Positions 39,594 to 49,882 of a stretch of 64,000 nt of DNA are shown here, one piece after another. The DNA lies in contig CAXXSL010000011.1 of NCBI GenBank assembly GCA_963675525.2, positions 544,001 to 608,000 of the forward strand, given 5' to 3'. Numbering within the stretch: the first letter of the stretch is position 1; each line of letters opens with the position of its first letter. Origin of the DNA: Anaerohalosphaeraceae bacterium. GTDB taxonomy: Bacteria > Planctomycetota > Phycisphaerae > Sedimentisphaerales > Anaerohalosphaeraceae. Made by a program: the position numbers and the translations under genes. The notes beneath the pieces were generated by a model, which saw nothing but the letters and a program-made list of their open reading frames with translations, made no database searches and was not told where the DNA came from.

Positions 39594-40748
39594 ATGACGG
39601 CAGGAAACCCCAGTGACGACATAGCGTTTGAGTACATCGATACGGCAGAAAAACTGCACTGTCTGACAGATGCGCTGCAATCGGTTGATGAGGTCGCGCT
39701 GGACACCGAGGCGGACAGCTTTCACCACTACCAGCCTAAAATATGCCTCATCCAAGTCACGTTTAACCGCAAACACTTCATTATCGACCCGCTTGTTGAT
39801 CTGGATTTATCCGGTTTCCTGAAAAGCCTGGCACACAAAAAACTCATCCTTCACGATGCGGGGTATGACCTTCGGCTGCTGTTTTCCGATTTTGGATTCA
39901 AACCCAAAGCCGAGGTCTTCGATACGATGCTGGGCGCATCGCTGGCCGGTCTGAAAAATGTTGGCCTGTCGGGGTTGCTGAATCTGCTGTTTGACAAAAA
40001 TCCCGCTAAGCAAAATCAGAAAGCCGACTGGTCCAAACGTCCCCTGTCGGCAAAACAGTTGCAGTATGCCGCTGAAGACACGGCTTATTTATTCGAGATC
40101 AAAAACTACTTGCTGGCCGAACTAATGCGACTGAACCGCCTGGACTGGCACGTTGAAACCTGCCAGTGGGCCGTCCGTGCCGCCTACAGTTCAAAGGATG
40201 AACCCGACCCGGATCGCCAGTGGCGCATCAAAGGTACCGCCAAGTGCTCGCCGAAAGAAATGGCTTTTCTCAAGCAGATATGGTGCTGGCGTGAAGAGAT
40301 TGCACGAACGACCAATATCGCTCCGTTTATGATCTGCCGGAACGAGGAAATGATCAAGTTGGCTCTCTGGGCGGCCCATCGCAAAAAGCCGATCGAAGCG
40401 AACACCAAACTCCCGATCCGCTGTCAAAGCCGATACAAAAAAACATTGCTGACTGCACTATTGACCGCTTGGGATATTCCCGAGGATCAGTGGCCCGACA
40501 AAGTCAGATCGGACCGCTCCAAACGCCTGTCGGACAGGACACTCAAGGTCGTTAATGAACTCAAGACCGAATGTGAAACAATCGCCGCAGACCTGGACCT
40601 TGCCCCTCAACTGCTTGCTTCCCGTATGGCCCTGACACGCATCGTCCTCAATAACGCAACCACCCTCGAACAGATCCAGAAAAAACGGATACTGATGAAC
40701 TGGCAGACCAACCTCCTCCTGCCCGCTATAAAAAAAGTCCTGGAATAA
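39594..40748 (+). CDS. rnd: Ribonuclease D (DEDDy exonuclease plus HRDC)
   Basis: ALDTEAD, CLIQ, LHDA.YD, FDT, DWS.RPL...Q..YAA.D; HRDC WRE..AR..N.AP. Confidence 0.9.
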   Translation: MTAGNPSDDIAFEYIDTAEKLHCLTDALQSVDEVALDTEADSFHHYQPKICLIQVTFNRKHFIIDPLVDLDLSGFLKSLAHKKLILHDAGYDLRLLFSDFGFKPKAEVFDTMLGASLAGLKNVGLSGLLNLLFDKNPAKQNQKADWSKRPLSAKQLQYAAEDTAYLFEIKNYLLAELMRLNRLDWHVETCQWAVRAAYSSKDEPDPDRQWRIKGTAKCSPKEMAFLKQIWCWREEIARTTNIAPFMICRNEEMIKLALWAAHRKKPIEANTKLPIRCQSRYKKTLLTALLTAWDIPEDQWPDKVRSDRSKRLSDRTLKVVNELKTECETIAADLDLAPQLLASRMALTRIVLNNATTLEQIQKKRILMNWQTNLLLPAIKKVLE

Positions 40749-40899
40749 TAGCATTAAATACCTAAAATGCTTGTTTCGGATATCGATAATAAGAAATGTA
40801 ATTTTTTTGTTGCATTAAACACCCGGGATGATTCGTTAACCAAAGAGAAAAGATGCGTTTAACATACTTAATGTTATGTTCATTTAGGAGAAACATAAG

Positions 40900-41925
40900 A
40901 TGAGACCGAACACATTTCTGACAGGCGCTGTAATTATCTCAATCGTGTCATTGCTGGTAATTCCAGCCCTCGCTGCTGAGCCCAAAGACCCTGCCGCCGG
41001 CGACTGGCTGCTGAATTCAGACTTTAACGGGCGGCCCGTATACTCCCTGTTGTTGCTTTCAAAAGACAAGGAAAACAATTACCAGGGCAGTTGGGTCAGT
41101 TTCTGGGGCATCAATACCGTTGATAATCTGAAAATCGAAGACGGTAAAATTACGTTTACACAGACCAATCGTTTTCGGGACCAGGAAATGATACTCACCT
41201 TTACGGGAACTCTCAAAGACGGTAAACTGACCGGAACGATGAGCAGCGATGAATGGGATAGTGATTTTGAGGGAGGTCGCATTGCACCCCTTCCGCCGAT
41301 TGTCGGCATATGGGAATTTCGACGGCAGCGACAGGACACCGAGTACGTTTCCACATTGACCATCAGCGCCGACAAAAACGGAAAATTCACCGCCGACTGG
41401 CAAAGCGAACGGGGCACATGGGAAATATCCGATGTGAAATATGAAGACGAAAAACTGACATTCGCACGGAAAAGCACCGATCCTGAGCGACAGCGGGAAA
41501 CGACTTATGCACTGACCGCTAAGGACGATACGATTTCGGGCACAATGACTTCCTCACGCGGCGAACGCCAAACCGAAGGCAAACGACTCCATAGCGAACT
41601 GATCGGCAAATGGGAACTGACACTGACCTCCGATTTCGGTGACCGCAAGCAGCTTTTGTGGGTGCGGCCGGACCTGACCGCACTTTACGGTTCGACCGAA
41701 GTCGGCAAGATAACCGTTGAAGACGGAAAGGTCAGCTTCGATTACGAAATGTCATTCGGTGACCGCAGCTTTGAAAACGCATTCAAAGGCCAGCTTGAAA
41801 CGGGTGCCCTGACCGGCGAGATGACCAATTCGCGGGGAACGCAGCAGGTCAAAGGCAAAAAGATGACTCCGGCCAAAAAGACAACAATGAAAGAACCTAC
41901 AACAAAGCCCCAAACGGCTCAGTAA
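40900..41925 (+). CDS. Secreted hypothetical protein with three internal beta-rich repeats
   Basis: Signal peptide; repeats begin AAGDW/IVGIW/LIGKW and end LTGTMSS..EGGR / ISGTMTS..EGKR / LTGEMTN..KGKK. Confidence 0.85.
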   Translation: MRPNTFLTGAVIISIVSLLVIPALAAEPKDPAAGDWLLNSDFNGRPVYSLLLLSKDKENNYQGSWVSFWGINTVDNLKIEDGKITFTQTNRFRDQEMILTFTGTLKDGKLTGTMSSDEWDSDFEGGRIAPLPPIVGIWEFRRQRQDTEYVSTLTISADKNGKFTADWQSERGTWEISDVKYEDEKLTFARKSTDPERQRETTYALTAKDDTISGTMTSSRGERQTEGKRLHSELIGKWELTLTSDFGDRKQLLWVRPDLTALYGSTEVGKITVEDGKVSFDYEMSFGDRSFENAFKGQLETGALTGEMTNSRGTQQVKGKKMTPAKKTTMKEPTTKPQTAQ

Positions 41926-41941
41926 TACAACGCCAAACAAC

Positions 41942-41978
41942 AAAAAGCCTGCCGGATTTACCCCGGCAGGCTTTTTTT
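41942..41978. terminator. Bidirectional intrinsic terminator
   Basis: AAAAAGCCTGCCGG-loop-CCGGCAGGCTTTTTTT between convergent genes. Confidence 0.9.
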
Positions 41979-41998
41979 ATAATGATGTATCATCCGTT

Positions 41999-43216
41999 TC
42001 AAACCCGCTGTTTTCGTTCCAGCAGGCGCGTCACCATCATTGCCGCGACGGTATCGCCAGAGGCGTTGATCATTGTTGCCGGAGGGTCAACCAGCGTTCC
42101 CAGCATCGCAATCACCGGCAGTGCTTCCGGCCCGAATCCGTACAGAGTGACGATCAGCATCTCGCCCAGAAACCCACCGCCGGAAATACCGCTCATCACG
42201 ACCCCGCACAACAGCGACACGCCGACCGCCCCCGCCAGTGTCTCCAGTCCGCTAAATGGTCGACCAAACAACGCAAACAACACCGCAATTTTCAAGACCG
42301 CCGCCAGACACGACCCATCCATGTGAATCGTCGCTCCCAGCGGCAGCACGATCTCCCGCACATCTTCCGGCACGCCGATTCGCTCGGCCGCTTCCATATT
42401 CGCCGGAAGCGCAGCCAGACTGCTGCCCGTCCCCCACGCCGTCAACGCCGGCGGAAAAATATTGGCCCAGTAGCGCTTCACACCGCACCGCCCGGAAGCG
42501 ATAAAAGCGTAAAATGAGAATCCAATGATAAAATATCCGATCGCCAATGGGTAATACAACCCCACGACTCGCGCGTATGTGCCGATCAACTCCGGCCCGA
42601 AAACACCCACAAGATACGCAAAGTACGCCCCCAACCCGATCGGCGCATACAGCATGATCAGCTTTATCAACTGCCCCATCACCGCCGCACCGGACACCAG
42701 AAACGCCCGAAACGATTTGCCCTTTTCGCCCGCTGCCTGTGAGGCCAGCCCGGTCAACACTGAAAACACGATCAACGCCAATATATTTCGGCGGTCCAAT
42801 AGTTTGGAAAAATCCTCCACGGAAACCGCCTTGACGATTTTGTCGGCAAGATTCGCTGATTCAACTTGCGGCGGTTGGACCAACTCCAGTGTCAACCCTT
42901 CAGCCGGGTTAAAAACCTTAACCGCAAAAAGCATCAAGCAGGAAGAAATAATCCCCGTAACAACAAAAACCACCAGCATCCATCCGGCAATTCGCCCCAG
43001 CCGTTTCAGATTCGAACTGCCCGCCACAGCCGAAGAAAGCGAAAAGAAAACCAGCGGCACCACCGCCGTAAATAAAAAATTCAACAACAAATCCCCCAAC
43101 GGCTTGAGCCGTTCAGCCTTGGGACCCATCAAATATCCCAATAACGCACCAGCGGCAACGGCCCCAATCAAAATCAACGTAAACCGCCATTGTTTGAAAA
43201 AGCTTTTCATGCTCAT
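41999..43216 (-). CDS. Dicarboxylate/amino acid:cation symporter (DAACS)
   Basis: KPLGD..LN....VVPLVF, YAPIG, T.SS.A.LP, PLGATIHMDG, T..NA.GD. ATGA overlap with the upstream gene. Confidence 0.92.
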   Translation of the reverse strand: MSMKSFFKQWRFTLILIGAVAAGALLGYLMGPKAERLKPLGDLLLNFLFTAVVPLVFFSLSSAVAGSSNLKRLGRIAGWMLVVFVVTGIISSCLMLFAVKVFNPAEGLTLELVQPPQVESANLADKIVKAVSVEDFSKLLDRRNILALIVFSVLTGLASQAAGEKGKSFRAFLVSGAAVMGQLIKLIMLYAPIGLGAYFAYLVGVFGPELIGTYARVVGLYYPLAIGYFIIGFSFYAFIASGRCGVKRYWANIFPPALTAWGTGSSLAALPANMEAAERIGVPEDVREIVLPLGATIHMDGSCLAAVLKIAVLFALFGRPFSGLETLAGAVGVSLLCGVVMSGISGGGFLGEMLIVTLYGFGPEALPVIAMLGTLVDPPATMINASGDTVAAMMVTRLLERKQRV

Positions 43217-44196
43217 GTCCCACTCCTTCGAGAACAAAACAAACCCTTCAGCAAAATGAAACACTGCTTGGCGATGCTTTTGCAAATGCGCGGGAATGTA
43301 AACCGCAGCGGCGTCTGTATTGCCGGTTTAAAATCCGGACAGGCGGGTTTCGCAAAAGGATCGCCTACAATATTTATCGGCTCATCTTTGGAAAGACCAA
43401 CGCCCATTTTTTCCGCCGTTGTCAACAGCGGCAAGTCTGCCGGATTAAATCCGACCAAATCACAGCACACCCTCTCACACGCCGCCGGGTCGGTTCCTGC
43501 TACCAAATAGCCAAGCTGTTTGGCCCCACCATTGATCGGCCCTTGACCTTCCATCGCCACGATGCCATCAATAATATTCAACACAGGTTTCAGTTTTTGA
43601 TAAATCCCCACAATCATCCGGCAGAACGGCTCGTATTCTTTGCCGCGGGCAAAATGCCAGTACGCCTTTTCCTTGCCGCCTAATCCGCATACACAGCCGT
43701 ACATATTCTTAAACGCAAACGTCGCCCCCAATTGCTGATGGGACTTGAGCTTGGGCAGGTTAATGATCGCATCGGCCTCCAAAGCAACCCGGCTGATACC
43801 GACGCGGGTATTTTCAATCGTCATGCGTACCGGCTGATCGAGGTTCACGACCTCAGCGCCGAGCGTTTCCAACCGCTCAAGAATGCCCAGCGTTCTCAGG
43901 CATCCCGCCGTATTGCTCCATGCGGGTGAATCGCCAACCACCGGCGTCGCACCGGCATCTTTAACAATCGCCGCGACCGCATAGATCACCTCCGGGTGTG
44001 TCTGAGCAGGGACATCCGGGGCCTTGGGGACGATCAGGTTCGGCTTGATCAATATTCGCTGGGCGGGTTGGATGAAATGTCTGATTCCCCCCAACAATTG
44101 AAACTGCTGCTCAATCGCCAAGCGCACCAACCCGGGATCGTATGTCGCGCAGGCCTTGACGGCAACGGCGGCAGCAATTTCAGAATCGGCCTTCAT
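43213..44196 (-). CDS. DUF362 family protein
   Basis: ILIKPNL, THPEV, VGDSP, INLPKLKSH, KNMYG, IDGIVAMEGQGP, D..A. Confidence 0.88.
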   Translation of the reverse strand: MKADSEIAAAVAVKACATYDPGLVRLAIEQQFQLLGGIRHFIQPAQRILIKPNLIVPKAPDVPAQTHPEVIYAVAAIVKDAGATPVVGDSPAWSNTAGCLRTLGILERLETLGAEVVNLDQPVRMTIENTRVGISRVALEADAIINLPKLKSHQQLGATFAFKNMYGCVCGLGGKEKAYWHFARGKEYEPFCRMIVGIYQKLKPVLNIIDGIVAMEGQGPINGGAKQLGYLVAGTDPAACERVCCDLVGFNPADLPLLTTAEKMGVGLSKDEPINIVGDPFAKPACPDFKPAIQTPLRFTFPRICKSIAKQCFILLKGLFCSRRSGT

Positions 44197-44996
44197 CAAT
44201 CCCCCGTTGATTCACAAATGATCACGAAAATTCGAATTTTGTTATGACCGGGCACCTCAAACAAAAGTCTGTTGAGTGTATCCTGTTGATCCAGTATATG
44301 GGTCGGCCCCAGCAGGCAGAACTGACCGGCTTCCAACGAAACGCTAAACCGTCCAACGTCGAAGAGGCGGAATTCATACGGTTCTTTGCCTTCTCGTAAA
44401 CGTAATACGGCCCCCCCCGAATCCCAGGAGGCTGGCCCCAAGGTCATCTCCACGATCCCTCTTTGAGCCGAATCCTGTCCGGCGGAAAGGACCCAGCCTA
44501 ACCGGCCCTTCTCAACCGTCACTCCGCCTAAACCACCGGTCGCTGTCGAATAGAGAACGGCCCGCGGTTCATCGATCGGCGCTCCATAAATAATTTCCCG
44601 CCCTCCTGGCGGTAAGGTCAGGCGAGTCTGACTAATTCGAACCGCTCCGATCTCCGAAAGTTTTCGGGCAATCCGACCCCCTTTTTCATGAACGCCGAAA
44701 CCGGCTGCAAAACAGTTAGCGTCAAAGGCCTTTGAATCGGCAAACCGGATCTCTTGTTTGGAAAGTATCTGGAAAACATCTTCGAACGCATCAAGTGAAG
44801 TAGTATCAAGGACATATACTAAAACGGAAAAACTTAACGTTGTTTCATGGAACGAATAGGATTCAGCTTGTAAATCTAAAAGTTTGATCCCCTCAATGTT
44901 CGGTTGCTCTGTTCGCGCCGGCGGCTGTGAAATATCGCAACCAATGCTTAGCAGTAATCCTATCGTGAGCACCCCGATATAAATACGTCCGTTCAT
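44196..44996 (-). CDS. Hypothetical lipoprotein
   Basis: Long ORF; hydrophobic N-terminus ending LSIGC (lipobox). Confidence 0.7.
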   Translation of the reverse strand: MNGRIYIGVLTIGLLLSIGCDISQPPARTEQPNIEGIKLLDLQAESYSFHETTLSFSVLVYVLDTTSLDAFEDVFQILSKQEIRFADSKAFDANCFAAGFGVHEKGGRIARKLSEIGAVRISQTRLTLPPGGREIIYGAPIDEPRAVLYSTATGGLGGVTVEKGRLGWVLSAGQDSAQRGIVEMTLGPASWDSGGAVLRLREGKEPYEFRLFDVGRFSVSLEAGQFCLLGPTHILDQQDTLNRLLFEVPGHNKIRIFVIICESTGD

Positions 44997-45059
44997 AGGA
45001 ACAAATTGTACCGACCGGCCGAGATTTGTCAATGTTCACCTGATGCTTCGCGAAATCAA

Positions 45060-45407
45060 TCAGAGACGTAATTTAGGTGAATCACAAAATTCCAGTGCAA
45101 CCGTCTTGCTGTAAGATGATTCGGCGGCAACATCCCCTTCGTTGTATGGTTCCTTCCTGACAACTCGCGCATAACTTGAAAAACTGCCGCCAAACTCCAA
45201 CATTCCCTCTGTCGGGGGTACTGTCATTTCAATGCTCAGCAGTTCCCCGTCCCGAAGTCCGTCATTTTTCAATTCAACAAGCATGCCGCTTGGACTGACA
45301 TTCAAGGTTCTGCCGGTGAACAGTTTACCGCCTGAGAGTCCTACTCGTTGACAAAAAATCGACAGCTTCAAGGGGATACGCTTATGTCTCCTTCTGTCCA
45401 TATCCAT
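45060..45407 (-). CDS. Stand-alone PilZ domain protein (candidate c-di-GMP receptor)
   Basis: GGAGG RBS; RRHKR (RxxxR) and NVSPSG ([DN]xSxxG). Confidence 0.88.
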   Translation of the reverse strand: MDMDRRRHKRIPLKLSIFCQRVGLSGGKLFTGRTLNVSPSGMLVELKNDGLRDGELLSIEMTVPPTEGMLEFGGSFSSYARVVRKEPYNEGDVAAESSYSKTVALEFCDSPKLRL

Positions 45408-45766
45408 CCTTTGGGCCTCCCTGCTTAATTGACAACAATACAACGCATCTATGCTATTAGCAAAAAACATTCCATTCCCACCCAAAAAAAGATTTACCTT
45501 AAAAGGAGCTCCCTAACTTGCTTTAAGACAAACAACTTAAAACAGACTAATTAAATTAGCTCTATCAAAAAATATTATCGGCATTTAATTGCATTGTTGA
45601 TAAAAATAAACGGTTTTTTGAGAAAGTCCGAAAATATGCCTTAAATTCATGTCCTTATGCCTGAAAATTGTGCTTTTTATCAATTAATATCTGTTTCTAT
45701 GTATAAGATTTAAACCCTGTAATGTTTCAGAATAACATCGTCATGTTTCGATTTCTCAACGTTCAG

Positions 45767-45795
45767 TTGACATAAAACAATAAATCTGCTTTAAT
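45767..45795 (+). promoter_or_regulatory. Sigma70 promoter of the two-component operon
   Basis: TTGACA, 17 bp spacer, TTTAAT, with TG extended -10. Confidence 0.6.
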
Positions 45796-45841
45796 GTTGA
45801 TATTAATAAACACGTTTTTGCTTACGAAAAGCTATTTAGAC

Positions 45842-46915
45842 ATGACAAGTCATCAAAACCTTTATTTAAGTGCTCTGACTCACTCCATTGGTAAATCTCT
45901 GGGGGTCGACATCATTTCGTTCGATTGCGACCTGACGATTATTGACCACACCCCGCTCGTCGGAAAAATATTCGAATTACAGACAACCATCATCCAAACC
46001 TTATCTGCCGGAACCGATGCAAACATCTGGGGAAATTGGAAACAATTACTCTGTGATGCGATCCAGTCAGGCAACGAAGCTGATTTCGGAATCGTCAAAT
46101 ACACAAGAGCGGATACATCCCGGCGGCTCCAGATTCGCTGCGTCCCGATTAAAGACCTTCAGACAGAACGAATTCTCGGCGGTGCCGCTGTTATTATGGA
46201 CGTCACGGAAAAACTTGAAACAGAGCACGAAATGGCACAGGCCGAACGATTGATGGCAATCGGTAAAGTCGCCGGTAAAGTCGCCCACGAACTGAATAAT
46301 CCGCTGGACGGAATTCTCCGATATGTCAATTTAACCCTTCGTATTCTGGAACAAAACCAGCCGGAGAAAGCCAAAGAATACCTGTTGCATTGCCGCAACG
46401 GGCTTGGGCGAATGGCACAGATCATCACCGAAATGCTCGAATTCTCGCGCAGTACAAACCTGGTATTTGAAACCAACCCGATCGATAAACTGCTCGACGA
46501 CGCCGTGAAAGCCATGGAATCGTCCCTGCGGAATATAAATGTTGAATTTGTACGTAACTACAGCAGCTCTGTTCCGCATATGAAAAGTGACTCCCTGTTT
46601 CAGGTCTTCTGCAATCTAATCAAAAACGCATCCGATGCCATGGACGGTCACGGACGGCTCACGATCAGCCTGATTCAAACCGAACAGAACTGGCAAATCG
46701 AATTTCGTGATACCGGGCATGGGTTTGACCCGGAACGTATTGATGATTTATTTAAGCCATTCTATACCACCAAGCCCAAAGGGCAGGGAACCGGCCTGGG
46801 ATTGGGGATTTGCAAAGACATTCTCGAAAAACTGCATGGCACGATTGTGGCCAAAAATAACCCGCAAGGCGGAGCGTCATTTATTGTCCAGCTACCCATG
46901 ATCTCATCCACATAA
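45842..46915 (+). CDS. Cytoplasmic PAS-like sensor histidine kinase (NtrB-like)
   Basis: VAHELNNPL H-box, NLIKNA, DTGHG, PFYTTK, GTGLGL; no TM segment. Confidence 0.93.
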   Translation: MTSHQNLYLSALTHSIGKSLGVDIISFDCDLTIIDHTPLVGKIFELQTTIIQTLSAGTDANIWGNWKQLLCDAIQSGNEADFGIVKYTRADTSRRLQIRCVPIKDLQTERILGGAAVIMDVTEKLETEHEMAQAERLMAIGKVAGKVAHELNNPLDGILRYVNLTLRILEQNQPEKAKEYLLHCRNGLGRMAQIITEMLEFSRSTNLVFETNPIDKLLDDAVKAMESSLRNINVEFVRNYSSSVPHMKSDSLFQVFCNLIKNASDAMDGHGRLTISLIQTEQNWQIEFRDTGHGFDPERIDDLFKPFYTTKPKGQGTGLGLGICKDILEKLHGTIVAKNNPQGGASFIVQLPMISST

Positions 46916-46922
46916 CCCGGAG

Positions 46923-48314
46923 TTGAACATGACAAAACCGAAAATTCTAATCGTTGACGATGACACCATTATCCTTGATTCGCTTTGTGAGTTCCTGAAT
47001 ATGGAGGGCTACCAGTCTGACGGCGCGACTTCTGTAACACAGGCGAAGGAAAAACTTAACCGCCAGAATTATGCCCTGGTCATTTCCGACGTGAATATGC
47101 CCGACGGTGACGGCTTTGAACTACTCAATATCATCCGGGACAATCATCCGCGCACGGTGGTGATAATGATCACCGGCTACGGAACCATTGAAAGTGCCGT
47201 AGAAGCCATCAAGAATGGGGCCTACGATTACCTGACCAAACCGATCATCGACGATGACCTGTTGCTGGCGGTGGAACGGGCAATCCGCCAGCAAGCTCTG
47301 ATGAGCGAAAATCAACAACTCCGTCAGCAACTCGAAAATAAGTACAGCATTAACCGCGTAATCAGCCAGGATTATAAAATGTCGCGTATCTTCGAGTTGA
47401 TTCAGGCCGTGGCCGACAGCAACACCACGATCCTGATGACCGGCCCATCCGGTACGGGAAAAAGTCTCCTGGCACGGGCAATCCACTATGAATCATCACG
47501 CCGTAACCAGCCGTTCGTGGAGGTCAGTTGCGGTGCCCTGCCGGAAACGTTGCTGGAAAGTGAACTTTTCGGCCATGTCAAAGGCGCTTTCACGGGAGCT
47601 GTCAATGACAAGGAAGGTAAGTTTCTGGCCGCCAACAAAGGTACTATTTTTCTGGATGAGATATCGACGGCTACGCCGGCAATGCAGGTTAAGCTGTTGC
47701 GGGTTCTTCAGACTCGCGAATTTGAACCGGTCGGCAGCAATCAGACCTATACCGTCGATACGCGGGTGATCCTTGCAACCAATCGCGATCTGACCGAAGA
47801 AGTCCGACAGGGACGGTTTCGTGAAGACCTCTATTATCGTATTAACATAGTCAATGTGAATTTGCCCCCACTGGCAGAACGGATTCCGGATGTGCCGTTG
47901 CTGGCCGACTATTTTATGAAAAATTTCTGTGCAATGCACAACCGGGTCAAGTCCGGCCTGACCGAACAGGCCCTGCAATACCTGCAAAACTATCCATGGC
48001 CCGGAAACATCCGTGAACTGGAAAACGTGATCGAACGTGCCGTGTTATTGAGTAAAGGCCCGCTGATCGACGTATACGACCTGCCGCCGGCCCTTCTTCA
48101 ACATTGCCAAAACGCCGTCAATATGGCCTTTGAGAACAAGACGCTCAAGCAGGCACTGGAAGGACCGGAGCGCGCTATTCTAAAAGCGGCACTGGAAGCC
48201 AACAACTGGTCGCGTCAGGAAACTGCCAAGTCCCTCGATATCAACCGGACCACGCTATATAAAAAAATGAAACACTACGGACTGGAAGACGAAGCCGAAG
48301 AATTGGGACTTTAA
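46923..48314 (+). CDS. Sigma54-dependent response regulator (NtrC family)
   Basis: Receiver domain (VDDD, SDVNMP, TKP), GPSGTGKS, ESELFGH.KGAFTGA, FLDEI, WPGNIREL, Fis-type HTH. Confidence 0.96.
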   Translation: MNMTKPKILIVDDDTIILDSLCEFLNMEGYQSDGATSVTQAKEKLNRQNYALVISDVNMPDGDGFELLNIIRDNHPRTVVIMITGYGTIESAVEAIKNGAYDYLTKPIIDDDLLLAVERAIRQQALMSENQQLRQQLENKYSINRVISQDYKMSRIFELIQAVADSNTTILMTGPSGTGKSLLARAIHYESSRRNQPFVEVSCGALPETLLESELFGHVKGAFTGAVNDKEGKFLAANKGTIFLDEISTATPAMQVKLLRVLQTREFEPVGSNQTYTVDTRVILATNRDLTEEVRQGRFREDLYYRINIVNVNLPPLAERIPDVPLLADYFMKNFCAMHNRVKSGLTEQALQYLQNYPWPGNIRELENVIERAVLLSKGPLIDVYDLPPALLQHCQNAVNMAFENKTLKQALEGPERAILKAALEANNWSRQETAKSLDINRTTLYKKMKHYGLEDEAEELGL

Positions 48315-48410
48315 TGCGGATTTGCACCTATTGAATGGGTTTTCCGGGTTATCTTTAATCATTTCAGGTAAAACAAGGCCTTTCAATGCTTGTTTTGATT
48401 AAAATTCCTA

Positions 48411-48438
48411 TTGCAAAAGTTTTGGTTCTGCCTATAAT
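48411..48438 (+). promoter_or_regulatory. Sigma70 promoter upstream of the TPR-alphaCTD gene
   Basis: TTGCAA, 16 bp spacer, TATAAT. Confidence 0.6.
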
Positions 48439-48556
48439 GTGCAATTTACTCGACTTTTGAAACCCGTCTTTTACTGTTATTCGGAGACGAGAGGATGTTG
48501 TCGATGCGTATTGGAACTGAAATAACAATAATTATGGAAATCATAGGAGCCAATGA

Positions 48557-49849
48557 ATGGTATCTTTAGCTGACGCCCCTGTCGATCTGTTTGCCGGAGA
48601 GTTGCCGAGTTTTGAAGACATCAAGAAACTGTGGCAGTTCGTCAATTCGAGCGAGCGGAACCGTAACGCATTCCGCCAGGAAGCGGACAAACAAAATGAC
48701 GCCCTCATTCAGGGCATCGCCCTGCTGCTGTGCGGCAATCTTTCTGAAGCCTTGGAAAAACTAAATAAAGGCAAAGACTGTCTGCAGAAATATTTTATGC
48801 TGGGATACATTTATCGCTCCCAGAAAGAATTTGATAAGGCGATCGGACAATTCGACAAGGCGGGCAAGGAAAGTGAGGGTATCACGGCGAACATGGAAAA
48901 GGCTGAAACCTATCGTCAGGCCGGTGATTATGATGCCGTACGTAATGTCCTGAAAGACTGCAGCAACTTTGAGAATGTCAGCGCCGAATATCATTACCAG
49001 GCCGGCAAACTGCAAGATGCCGTTGGAGAGTATGAAAAAGCCGTTGACAGCTATCAGAAAGCCGTCGAACTGGACGGGACGCATACTAAAAGCCTGTTTC
49101 AGCTTGCGTATTCGTTTGATCTGCGAGGCGAAGAGACCGTCGCCATCGATTATTACAAACAACTGGTCAAAATCGCTCCGGCACACGTCAACGGTCTGCT
49201 GAATCTGGCCGTGCTGCATGAAGACATGGGCGACTACGAAAAAGCGATTGCCTGTGTGGAATCGGTTTTGATGTCACACCCCAATCATGCCAAGGCAATC
49301 CTGTTCCGTAAGGATATCGAAAGCTCTATGGTGATGATCTATGACGAAGAACGTGAAAAACGCAAAGACCACCACTACAAGACACTGAATATTCCGATCT
49401 CTGACTTTGAATTGTCCGTTCGAAGCCGAAACTGCCTGAAGAAAATGAATATTAATACGTTGGGTGACCTGTTGAGAACGTCTGAGGCGGATTTACTCTC
49501 TTACAAGAACTTCGGCGAAACCAGTTTGTACGAGATCAAAAAGATCCTGGACATAAAGGGGTTGCGGCTGGGAATGGCGATGGAAGATAAAAACGCCGCC
49601 ACCAAACCGATCGACCCGGACATCGCCAGCCAGGCCAGCCCGGAAATTCTACAGAAACAAATCAGTGACCTGGAGCTTTCGGTTCGCGCTCGCAGAGCCT
49701 TGGATCGCCTGGGTGTCAAAAGTGTTCTCGAGCTGATCAATAAGACGGAAGCAGAACTGCTCGGGTGCAAAAACTTCGGCGTCACCAGCCTCAATGAAAT
49801 TAAAGAACGACTGACCGACTTCGGGCTCAGTCTGCGTAAGCTGGAGTAG
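48557..49849 (+). CDS. TPR-repeat protein with two C-terminal RNA polymerase alpha-CTD domains
   Basis: Several TPR motifs, then PISDFELSVRSRNCLKKMNI.TLGDL...E.DLL..KNFGETSL.EIK..L...GL.LG and ISDLELSVRARRAL..LGV......E.ELL..KNFGVTSL.EIK..L...GLSL. Confidence 0.92.
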   Translation: MVSLADAPVDLFAGELPSFEDIKKLWQFVNSSERNRNAFRQEADKQNDALIQGIALLLCGNLSEALEKLNKGKDCLQKYFMLGYIYRSQKEFDKAIGQFDKAGKESEGITANMEKAETYRQAGDYDAVRNVLKDCSNFENVSAEYHYQAGKLQDAVGEYEKAVDSYQKAVELDGTHTKSLFQLAYSFDLRGEETVAIDYYKQLVKIAPAHVNGLLNLAVLHEDMGDYEKAIACVESVLMSHPNHAKAILFRKDIESSMVMIYDEEREKRKDHHYKTLNIPISDFELSVRSRNCLKKMNINTLGDLLRTSEADLLSYKNFGETSLYEIKKILDIKGLRLGMAMEDKNAATKPIDPDIASQASPEILQKQISDLELSVRARRALDRLGVKSVLELINKTEAELLGCKNFGVTSLNEIKERLTDFGLSLRKLE

Positions 49850-49882
49850 TTTGCATTCAGCCGCACCGGCTTCAGGTAAAAC

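Noticed and set aside
48557..49849. Calling the gene rpoA
   Set aside because: No alphaNTD dimerisation domain and not in the rpsK-rplQ context.
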